A stretch of 12,204 nt of DNA from a virus (lineage: Duplodnaviria > Heunggongvirae > Uroviricota > Caudoviricetes), in the IMG/VR virus record IMGVR_UViG_2667528155_000014. One strand, given 5' to 3'. The notes below the pieces were generated by a model. The model was not told the origin of the DNA. It saw nothing but the letters and a program-made list of their open reading frames with translations, and made no database searches. Made by a program: the position numbers and the translations under genes. The stretch's first letter is position 1. The number at the start of each line of letters is the position of its first letter. Positions 1 through 6,433 of the stretch are shown one piece after another.

Positions 1-52
1 AAAAGTAAAGAAAAGGAAAGTAACGCCAACTGATGATGATAATAACTATTTA

Positions 53-436
53 ATGTCAGTTTTCGTCCCATTATTTCTTATTGGCTGCATTTCATATGTT
101 GCATTTAGTATACATACGTTATCCATCATAAAAGTCGGTTTTGGATTTGCCATGAAGTATGACACACGCGATACTTTCTTTTGCAGGAATAAGTATATGT
201 GGCTCAGTGAACATCCTAATGCTCGCTTTATGTTTATCGCTGAAGGAAATTATCGCGCATTAATACCTCACCGTGATGACTTTACAACATCACGTTTAAC
301 CTGTACGAGTAGTGAACCATTCTATTTACTCGTTAGGATACAAGACAAAACAGATTTTATGTTAGAGGCTTTAGAAAAGCAGGCCGCGATGCTTACTAGT
401 GATCTAAAGATAGCAATATCACCGAATGTTCGATGA
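53..436 (+). CDS. hypothetical protein, AT-rich orphan ORF (start uncertain; in-frame ATG at 197 has a better AGGA Shine-Dalgarno)
   Basis: 127-codon ORF in a visibly AT-rich stretch; hydrophobic N-terminus if started at 53; no family recognised; ATG at 197 is preceded by AGGAATAAGTAT. Confidence 0.3.
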   Translation: MSVFVPLFLIGCISYVAFSIHTLSIIKVGFGFAMKYDTRDTFFCRNKYMWLSEHPNARFMFIAEGNYRALIPHRDDFTTSRLTCTSSEPFYLLVRIQDKTDFMLEALEKQAAMLTSDLKIAISPNVR

Positions 437-618
437 CGATCTAAATCGCCAAATTTTCGGTAGCCAACCTGCTCAAAGCAGACTGTCAATTAGAGTCTGA
501 TCCAGTACAGTTCGAAGCATAAAGAAACTCTTGTCATACTACCGAATCATCCCGGATTGGCTTATAATCCCCACGTCAGCCTGAACAACTGACAACCTGT
601 CGCGCCACCGGAGCAACG

Positions 619-1218
619 ATGGCGCACTTACAACTGGTCAAACAGACCGCATCAGGGATCCTGCTCCCGGCAACACCGGAGAGTGAGGGCTTTGTACATT
701 CAGTCAAAACTGGCGAGTGGATACACGCTGATTTCAGACGTGTCCGCAACTACGCCTTTCATAAGCGTTTCTTCAAACTTCTGCAACTGGGCTTCGATTA
801 CTGGACACCTGTCGGTGGTGTGCTTTCACCAGATGAACTTTCGCTGATAAATCGCTTTGTCACTTATCTTGTTGAGATGTCCGGTCATCAATACGGTGAT
901 GTTTTAACCTCCGCAGCGGATGAATTTCTGTTGAAAGAAGGGCAGTTACGTACTGGGGATGTTGCCTTACTGAAGTCTTTCGAGCCATACCGGGCATGGG
1001 TGACGGTTCAGGCTGGTTACTTCGATGAAGTTGTTCTCCCGGATAATTGTCGCCGCAGAATTCCCAAATCTATTTCTTTCTCCCGTATGGATGAAGATAC
1101 GTTCCGGCAATTCTATAAGGATGTCTTTAACGTCCTGTGGAATTTCATCCTCTGTCGAAAATTCAGAACACCACAGGAAGCTGAAAATGTAGCGATGCAG
1201 TTGCTGGAGTTCGCCTGA
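619..1218 (+). CDS. DUF1367-family protein (YbcN-like, lambdoid nin-region gene)
   Basis: 199-aa ORF, GGAG 6 nt upstream of ATG; N-terminus MAHLQLVKQTASGILLPATPE and overall length recalled as DUF1367 style; stop overlaps next start (TGATG). Confidence 0.65.
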   Translation: MAHLQLVKQTASGILLPATPESEGFVHSVKTGEWIHADFRRVRNYAFHKRFFKLLQLGFDYWTPVGGVLSPDELSLINRFVTYLVEMSGHQYGDVLTSAADEFLLKEGQLRTGDVALLKSFEPYRAWVTVQAGYFDEVVLPDNCRRRIPKSISFSRMDEDTFRQFYKDVFNVLWNFILCRKFRTPQEAENVAMQLLEFA

Positions 1219-1508
1219 TGTCCGGGTTACGTAAAGCAGCTAAAGGTCGGCAGTGCCAGGTGAGAATTCCCGGATACTGTAACCATAACCCTGAAACCTC
1301 GGTTCTGGCCCATTACCGTCTGGCCGGTACCTGTGGAGCATCAACCAAACCCAACGATATGCAGGCATCTATTGCCTGTAGCTGTTGTCATGACCTGATT
1401 GATGGCCGGATAAAAACAACAGACTTTACCCGCACCGAACTTCGGTTAATGCATGCCGAAGGCGTAATGCGTACGCAACAAATCTGGAGAGAGGAGGGAT
1501 TAGTATGA
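1218..1508 (+). CDS. DUF1364-family Cys-rich protein (YbcO-like, putative nuclease of the nin region)
   Basis: 96 aa with conserved Cys pattern (CQVRIPGYC ... CSCCH); 1-nt overlap with upstream gene and ATGA overlap with downstream gene indicate translational coupling. Confidence 0.6.
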   Translation: MSGLRKAAKGRQCQVRIPGYCNHNPETSVLAHYRLAGTCGASTKPNDMQASIACSCCHDLIDGRIKTTDFTRTELRLMHAEGVMRTQQIWREEGLV

Positions 1509-2044
1509 TCTACCCGGTCACGACAGGTAAACCTGGTGAAATGCTTCGTCTCACTACGCTTGAGACGTTATGGGTACAGGGAAAGCTAAGAATGTGGGGG
1601 CGCTGGTCTTATATCGGAAATGGCCATCCGGGAAATATCTTCAATCAGTTGCTGGTCAGTAAAAAAATCACCCGCACAGGCGCCCGTGATGCGCTCAGGC
1701 TGCTTAAAAAATCAGGCACTACCAGGCCTGAACTGGAGCAATTTTTACGTGAGATATTGAACGGTAAGCAGAAAAGCTACCTTGCATACTGTACTGATTC
1801 TGAAGCACTGATAATCGACCGGGTTATCGGGGCAGTTCTGGCAGATCATCCCGCACTAAAGGCACTGCTTCACCAGCGTTACGAAGGACGGGGAATGAGT
1901 AAGCGAAAGATAGCTGAGAAACTTCAGGAAAAATACCCTGACTGGAGTTATGTTACCTGTCGGCGACGAATCGACCAATGGCTGTATATGGTTGAATACA
2001 TGCTTTATATCCCGCTACGGGATTCCATTGATAGGAATGTGTGA
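1505..2044 (+). CDS. putative late-gene antitermination protein Q-like
   Basis: 179-aa ORF immediately upstream of the late regulatory region and lysis genes, coupled to the nin genes. The call rests mainly on position in the lambdoid gene order; family not verified. Confidence 0.5.
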   Translation: MIYPVTTGKPGEMLRLTTLETLWVQGKLRMWGRWSYIGNGHPGNIFNQLLVSKKITRTGARDALRLLKKSGTTRPELEQFLREILNGKQKSYLAYCTDSEALIIDRVIGAVLADHPALKALLHQRYEGRGMSKRKIAEKLQEKYPDWSYVTCRRRIDQWLYMVEYMLYIPLRDSIDRNV

Positions 2045-2308
2045 TGAGTTGTGCTTATCCACTAACTGAAACTTGACAGTAAAAAGCTGCGGGTGATTTT
2101 TGTGGAAATATCAATGTGCAAGATGAATGGAAGTATAACTAAGTTATATCAGTGTTTAAATGCAGGCGAAGAGTAATAAAGCATATGATTAAGGTCAAAT
2201 TACGTCGCTGAAAAAGTATTGCAATTTGAGCCATAAACTGCTTCAATCACTGTATGCTTCGCAAAGCTGTATCGCGAGGTCAAGGATGCAGAACATGAAC
2301 ACCAGATG

Positions 2309-2339
2309 AACCCGCCACGGTGCGGGTTTTGTCGTTTTT
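2309..2339 (+). terminator. rho-independent terminator
   Basis: Stem AACCCGC / GCGGGTT with 6-nt loop CACGGT, followed by TTTTGTCGTTTTT. Confidence 0.6.
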
Positions 2340-2360
2340 AAAAGACGGCTTCAGGTGGAC

Positions 2361-2435
2361 CTACTTGCCAAAAATCAGTGCGAAGATGAGCGCAATAACA
2401 CAGATTGCGATAGCCATTTTTTCATGACACGGCAT
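2361..2435 (-). CDS. tiny hydrophobic peptide (24 aa MPCHEKMAIAICVIALIFALIFGK; 18 aa from the internal ATG at 2417)
   Basis: Minus-strand ORF below the ORF-track size cutoff; GGAG 8 nt upstream of the ATG at 2435; almost entirely hydrophobic; sits between two terminators. Confidence 0.2.
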   Translation of the reverse strand: MPCHEKMAIAICVIALIFALIFGK

Positions 2436-2450
2436 TCTCAGTTCTCCGTA

Positions 2451-2479
2451 TAAAAAAGGGCCCGCGTCAGATAGCGGGC
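2451..2479 (-). terminator. rho-independent terminator, minus-strand orientation
   Basis: Stem GCCCGC / GCGGGC (8-nt loop); on the minus strand it is followed by a T6-7 tract (plus-strand TAAAAAAGG). Confidence 0.45.
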
Positions 2480-2647
2480 AAAATCACAATTGGAAAAGGT
2501 AAGAGGCTTAAGTGCTTCATAGGGGGAAGCCTGAGGACCGTAGTAATTTCTTCATAAACCTATCAAGTTCGTATCTGCAATTGTTTAAGTTCTGTTTAAT
2601 TTCATATGCGCAGATTCACATTTTGGCATTTCAGCAAAATAAATATC

Positions 2648-2711
2648 TTGTCAGCCGCTGTCTGCGGGTAATAGGTTCCCCCCGTTGCAGTGAATCCCAC
2701 TAGCGTAGGGG
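2648..2711 (+). promoter_or_regulatory. promoter-leader module copy A (TTGTCA -35 at 2648-2653, ATAGGT -10 at 2671-2676, conserved leader hairpin 2686-2711)
   Basis: sigma70-like hexamers 17 bp apart with CTGCGG in the spacer; leader TGCAGTGAATCCCACTAGCGTAGGGG is homologous to copies B and C; candidate PR'-type late promoter. Confidence 0.4.
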
Positions 2712-2803
2712 CATCGTCAGGTTTCGCTTCCACTGTTGACGTTGCGGTTAATACCATCGGGAGGCACCCGGCACTGCGGCAAATTGAAAACGGCGGTAAT
2801 TCA

Positions 2804-2830
2804 GGGCTCACTTCGGTGAGCCCTTTTTCA
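2804..2830 (+). terminator. rho-independent terminator (tR'-like, ~120 nt downstream of module A start)
   Basis: Perfect 8-bp stem GGGCTCAC / GTGAGCCC with TTCG tetraloop, followed by TTTTT. Confidence 0.7.
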
Positions 2831-2853
2831 TTTCGCCGACATGATAAAAAGCT

Positions 2854-2915
2854 TGATCTAAAGCACCTGCCGTTTATACGTTACCTCCTGCGGTGAATCT
2901 CACCAGCGTGAGGGG
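2854..2915 (+). promoter_or_regulatory. promoter-leader module copy B (TTGATC -35, ATACGT -10, leader TGCGGTGAATCTCACCAGCGTGAGGGG at 2889-2915)
   Basis: Same architecture as copy A; CTGCCG in spacer; leader contains overlapping inverted repeats GGTGA-ATC-TCACC and CTCAC-CAGC-GTGAG. Confidence 0.4.
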
Positions 2916-3402
2916 TGTGGCACTATTCATTCTGCCAGTATGTATTGCACCACACCATGGATACGTTTCACCGGGTTGCGACCGGCACCGCACTCATATC
3001 GGGTCGTGGAGATAGATTATTCGGGCTCTACTTTTAAATTGGTCATTGATGTGATTTCTGAGCGGGAAAATGCAGAATAAATACAGAACTGCTAATGCTC
3101 TAAAGGCATATTTACGCAGTATCAGATTTACAACGAATCAGGTATTCTTAATTAGCATCATTCTGTTGGTCATCGGATTATTAGGGGCAATAAAACTTAG
3201 TGTATGGGCTCTATTGAGTTGAACAATAGTTACATGCTAATAAGATTTATCGCTTTATCTCCTTTTTTGGCGTAATAATTCAGGTAGGGTGGGTGTTAAC
3301 AGTCTATTTAACTTGTTTGTGATTTACAGCCGAACAGATTGACTGTTGTAGCCTGCTGGTGATTTGTTTTTCTCATTCCTTTTTTACTTGGAGTGATGAA
3401 CA

Positions 3403-3837
3403 ATGATTACTATCGTACTGAATAAAATTAACCAGATCTTATCCCATGCTGACTTTGGTAAGTTCCTGTTAAGACTTGCTGTTGGTGGGCTGATGTTATT
3501 TCATGGTTTGCATAAGCTCTTTGCAGGAGTTGAAGGTATTAGCGGCATGCTTATAGCTAACGGCTTACCTGGATTTTTCGCATACGGAGCAATTGTGGGA
3601 GAGGTTTTGGCTCCAGGCCTGATTATTCTTGGGGTTCTTACTCGCCCCGCAGCACTGTTGCTGGCTTTTACAATGATTGTGGCCTGGCTTCTGGTGGGGG
3701 TAGAGGAAACATGGATGCTCGAAAGTACTGGCGCGTGGGGAATAGAAAGCCTGGTGTATTTTTTTGTTGGCTCTCTGTCAGTTGCATTACTGGGGGCAGG
3801 GCGTTATTCGGTCGCCAGGGGAACTGTATGGAATTAG
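3403..3837 (+). CDS. DoxX-family integral membrane protein (moron/cargo gene)
   Basis: 144 aa, four hydrophobic segments, LMLFHGLHKL-type N-terminal helix typical of DoxX proteins; GGAG 9 nt upstream of ATG; AT-rich upstream region. Confidence 0.6.
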   Translation: MITIVLNKINQILSHADFGKFLLRLAVGGLMLFHGLHKLFAGVEGISGMLIANGLPGFFAYGAIVGEVLAPGLIILGVLTRPAALLLAFTMIVAWLLVGVEETWMLESTGAWGIESLVYFFVGSLSVALLGAGRYSVARGTVWN

Positions 3838-3886
3838 TAAACCTGGATGGATGAATACACATTTAATGAACAGGGATGATGACGTT

Positions 3887-3913
3887 GAAAAAAGCCCGTC
3901 ATACAGAACGGGC
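3887..3913 (-). terminator. hairpin with T-tract on the minus strand (possible minus-oriented terminator)
   Basis: Stem GCCCGT / ACGGGC with 8-nt loop; plus strand has A6 upstream of the stem, so the U-tract is on the minus-strand transcript only. Confidence 0.3.
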
Positions 3914-4076
3914 AAAATCACACATAAGCAGAAAATAATTGAGGTCGCTTCATGGGAGAAGCAGAAAGAACATAATGATTTTTTTCTGAACCGGTCAAGT
4001 GTGATGTCTTAGCTTTTTGAAGGTTTAATTCTCCGTGCGCAGTTTCGCATTTTGAGTAATTTATTTGGAAGAGGCC

Positions 4077-4140
4077 TTGCCTGCCAGAATCTGCGGACGA
4101 TAAATTTTTCTCATTGCGGTGAATCTCACTAGCGTTGAGG
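4077..4140 (+). promoter_or_regulatory. promoter-leader module copy C (TTGCCT -35 at 4077-4082, ATAAAT -10 at 4100-4105, leader 4115-4140), likely promoter of the tRNA/lysis transcript
   Basis: Best-matching hexamers of the three copies, 17-bp spacer with CTGCGG; leader TGCGGTGAATCTCACTAGCGTTGAGG; a shared CCGGCACCGCA box at 4211-4223 directly abuts the tRNA. Confidence 0.45.
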
Positions 4141-4228
4141 CTTGCTGAAATGGAGAATTTTCGCGAAGCAGATTGTGTATCAGCGCGCAATCTACCGGAA
4201 TAATAGCGGTCCGGCACCGCAGCGTCAT

Positions 4229-4305
4229 GGCCCTTTAGCTCAGTTGGTCAGAGCGTGCGACTCATAATCGCCAGGTCGCTGGTTCAAGTCCAGCAAGGGC
4301 CACCA
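4229..4305 (+). tRNA. tRNA-Ile2 (anticodon CAU, lysidine type; by anticodon alone could also be tRNA-Met)
   Basis: Full cloverleaf: acceptor GGCCCTT/AAGGGCC, D-arm GCTC...GAGC, anticodon loop CTCATAA, T-arm GCTGG-TTCAAGT-CCAGC, encoded CCA. T-arm and anticodon arm match my recollection of E. coli ileX; a prophage copy would be ileZ-like. Confidence 0.85.
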
Positions 4306-4308
4306 AAA

Positions 4309-4384
<76 letters not shown>

Positions 4385-4649
4385 GTTTTGAATGGGCGCT
4401 GCTTTTTGCAAAATTGCTGTGTAAAAATACTGACCTTCCGGTCCAGCGCTCATCCAAAAGCACTCCGTTAAAATCCTGGCAACCATGGGTGGTTTGTTGG
4501 ATGGAGTGCCTCCGAATAATAAAACTCGCGTTATAAAGGCTGCGCATTTGCGTGGCCTTTTTCGTATTCAGATCTGCAGCATACTCAGCCCGGAAGGCTG
4601 AATTTTTTCACCAGTACACAGCACCATCCGGAAACCGGGGGTGAGGTAT

Positions 4650-4985
4650 ATGAAAATGAATGACAAAAACCCTGAATTCTGGGCGGCGGTTTTGACCGGA
4701 CTCAAAAATGCGTGGCCCCAGTTACTGGGGGCATCAATGGCCGGACTCATTGCTTATGCCCGCCTGATATACGATGGCGTCACGCGAAAAAATAAATGGC
4801 TTGAGGGCGTCCTTTGTGGCGCCCTTTCTTTATGTATCACCAGTGCGCTGGATGCGTTTGGCCTTCCTGTATCGATATCACCCTTTGTCGGTGGCGTGAT
4901 TGGCTTCGTCGGCGTGGATAAATTACGTGAAATTGCCATCAGTGCGCTTAAAAAACGGGCAGGGATAAATGATGAGAACCAGTAA
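4650..4985 (+). CDS. S: class I holin, lambda S-like, with dual-start motif (Met-Lys-Met)
   Basis: MKMNDKNPEF... starts at ATG 4650 and ATG 4656 behind GGGGGTGAGG; three hydrophobic segments; C-terminus KKRAGINDENQ resembles lambda S KKAGVEDGRNQ as recalled. Confidence 0.85.
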   Translation: MKMNDKNPEFWAAVLTGLKNAWPQLLGASMAGLIAYARLIYDGVTRKNKWLEGVLCGALSLCITSALDAFGLPVSISPFVGGVIGFVGVDKLREIAISALKKRAGINDENQ

Positions 4986-5391
4986 AATTTCTCGCGGGAT
5001 CCGCAACAACAACCCCGGCAATATCCGGTGGGGTGATGAGTGGCAGGGCCTGGTACCCAAAGCACAGCGCACTGATAAATCATTCTGCCAGTTCACTACG
5101 CCTGAGTATGGTATCCGGGCGATGATCATCATCCTGCGCAATTACCAGCGTAAGCACGGGCTGAACACGGTTACCGGCATTATTAAACGCTGGGCGCCGC
5201 CGAACGAGAACAACACGCTGGCGTATATCAACAACGTGGCTCAGGCGACGGGTGTTACTCCCGACCAGCGCATTGATACCAGTGACAGTCGTTTCATGAT
5301 GAAGCTGTTGCAGGCCATTATTAAGCACGAGAACGGTAGCCAGCCATACAGCTTTGATACGTTTATCCGCGCGCTCGAACTGGCGGGTTAA
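4969..5391 (+). CDS. putative endolysin (small peptidoglycan hydrolase, family not resolved; N-terminal RNNNPGNIRWG motif)
   Basis: 140 aa, no TM segment, start overlaps the holin stop. Assignment rests mainly on position between holin and Rz/Rz1. Confidence 0.55.
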   Translation: MMRTSKISRGIRNNNPGNIRWGDEWQGLVPKAQRTDKSFCQFTTPEYGIRAMIIILRNYQRKHGLNTVTGIIKRWAPPNENNTLAYINNVAQATGVTPDQRIDTSDSRFMMKLLQAIIKHENGSQPYSFDTFIRALELAG

Positions 5392-5413
5392 GTGAGCGTG
5401 TATTAAAAGCGAA

Positions 5414-5450
5414 AACCCCGATTGCGGCAAACAGTCGGGGTTTTCTGTTT
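5414..5450 (+). terminator. rho-independent terminator (T-rich on both sides, probably bidirectional) between endolysin and spanin genes
   Basis: 8-bp stem AACCCCGA / TCGGGGTT with 13-nt loop, followed by TTTTCTGTTT; plus-strand AAAAGCGAAAA upstream gives a U-tract for the minus strand too. Confidence 0.55.
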
Positions 5451-5539
5451 CTGCACCTTGAGGAAAGCAAGGGAGAAATTATGTATAGGGAGGTGTGTTC
5501 CCTGTGAGGAAGTATAAACGAATTCTGTTGAGGTTGACT

Positions 5540-5677
5540 ATGAAAAACGGCCTTGAAATAGATGCTCCGTTAACAAAAGAAATCAGTAGTGCTACGGCAT
5601 GGGCTATACGGGCTGTGGCGTTGACGGTTGTGCTGTATGGTATTGCGCGCCTGATTGTGGCGATTCGCTGGTGGTAG
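5540..5677 (+). CDS. small protein with C-terminal transmembrane segment (45 aa), unknown function
   Basis: ATG at 5540 preceded by GAGG at 6-nt spacing; hydrophobic AWAIRAVALTVVLYGIARLIVAI; stop 5 nt before the Rz start. Below the usual size threshold, hence low confidence. Confidence 0.3.
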   Translation: MKNGLEIDAPLTKEISSATAWAIRAVALTVVLYGIARLIVAIRWW

Positions 5678-5681
5678 AGCC

Positions 5682-6254
5682 ATGAACCGTATAACGATTA
5701 TCGCAATAATTTCGTTCCTGGTTGTGGTTGTTATGCTGGTATTCAGCCGGGCCGACCTTGCTGTATCAGAAAGTGATAACCGGATCCTTCGCAATGATAA
5801 CGCGCTACAGGGGCAGGTTATCGCCACTCAGGTTTTCAACTTTAACCGGTTTAATCAGGTTGCTGATAATACCAGCCGCCTTAACTCCCTGATTGATGCC
5901 GGTTCCGAAAAAACAGTTATTGAATACCGGGAGATACTCCGTCGTGAAAAAACCTGTGATTTGCCTGTTCCTGCTGATATCGCTGACGGGCTGCTCGACC
6001 ACGCGTACCGTTTACGTGCCAGCGCAATGTACCCCGATCCCCGGAACGCTGATGCAGCCGGTGGTGACACCATTACCGCCAGCTCTCTGACATACTGCCA
6101 GGCTGTTCTCTGGATCGGGCCGCTGCTGGCTACTATTGAGAAGGCGAATAACCAACTGACTGGTATCAGTAAAATTGAGTTGGAACGCAAGCAACTAGGA
6201 AAAATTATGGAGTTAAAGGACAGAGACGTTAAGGTTGTAAATCATTTTAAATGA
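5682..6254 (+). CDS. Rz: Rz-like inner-membrane spanin (i-spanin)
   Basis: MNRITIIAIISFLVVVVMLVF N-terminal signal-anchor like lambda Rz (MSRVTAIISALVICIIV), then a long charged/helical periplasmic domain; contains an embedded +1-frame lipoprotein ORF. Confidence 0.8.
   Translation: MNRITIIAIISFLVVVVMLVFSRADLAVSESDNRILRNDNALQGQVIATQVFNFNRFNQVADNTSRLNSLIDAGSEKTVIEYREILRREKTCDLPVPADIADGLLDHAYRLRASAMYPDPRNADAAGGDTITASSLTYCQAVLWIGPLLATIEKANNQLTGISKIELERKQLGKIMELKDRDVKVVNHFK
5944..6090 (+). CDS. Rz1: Rz1-like outer-membrane lipoprotein spanin (o-spanin), embedded in Rz in the +1 frame; GTG start (alternative in-frame ATG at 5893)
   Basis: VKKPVICLFLLISLTGC lipobox (LTGC) followed by a proline-rich mature region (TPIPGTLMQPVVTPLPPAL); GGGAGA 9 nt upstream of GTG 5944; entirely inside Rz. 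Confidence 0.75.
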   Translation: MKKPVICLFLLISLTGCSTTRTVYVPAQCTPIPGTLMQPVVTPLPPAL

Positions 6255-6373
6255 ATATGAATGTGATAAATGTAAGTTGGGCTGAATAGTTTTCAGCTCT
6301 ACATCATGTAATGATATGTATCTCGATAATTAAATTATTTTTTATAGATATATTTGTAGTAAGTGTGGATTTG

Positions 6374-6405
6374 AAGGGTATCTTAATAAAAATACCCTTT
6401 TCTGT
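6374..6405 (+). terminator. possible terminator hairpin downstream of Rz
   Basis: 8-bp stem AAGGGTAT / ATACCCTT with 10-nt AT-rich loop, followed by TTTCTGT; weak U-tract. Confidence 0.3.
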
Positions 6406-6433
6406 CGAATGTTTACAAACGATAATTTTTATC

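Noticed and set aside
531-568. TTGTCA and TATAAT hexamers upstream of the DUF1367 gene
   Set aside because: The hexamers are 26 bp apart, so they do not form a functional sigma70 promoter as spaced; no extended -10 motif.
2512-2896. Three overlapping ORFs from the track (2512..2703 +, 2602..2811 -, 2690..2896 +)
   Set aside because: They overlap the promoter-leader repeats and a strong terminator, lack convincing ribosome-binding sites, and are mutually overlapping; the region is better explained as regulatory/noncoding.
3668-4217. ORFs 3668..3862 (-), 3764..4012 (+) and 3918..4217 (-)
   Set aside because: Antisense to or overlapping the DoxX gene, a hairpin and promoter module C; no RBS and no recognisable protein features.
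4385-4649. Looked for toxin or other cargo between the tRNA pair and the holin, where stx genes sit in Stx phages
   Set aside because: The 265-bp interval has no ORF of meaningful length on either strand; only a weak hairpin/T-tract near 4587-4610.
4754-5430. Minus-strand ORFs 4754..5083, 4923..5141 and 5080..5430
   Set aside because: Fully antisense to the holin and endolysin genes, which have much stronger support from start context, coupling and protein features.
5893-5943. ATG at 5893 as the Rz1 start (as given in the ORF track)
   Set aside because: It would add a 17-residue polar extension before the signal peptide; the GTG at 5944 has a proper Shine-Dalgarno and yields a standard lipoprotein signal (K-K, hydrophobic core, LTGC). 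Kept as an alternative only.
5570-6194. Minus-strand ORFs 5570..5827, 5805..6002, 5855..6190 and 6012..6194
   Set aside because: Antisense to Rz/Rz1; GC-rich antisense frames commonly stay open by chance.
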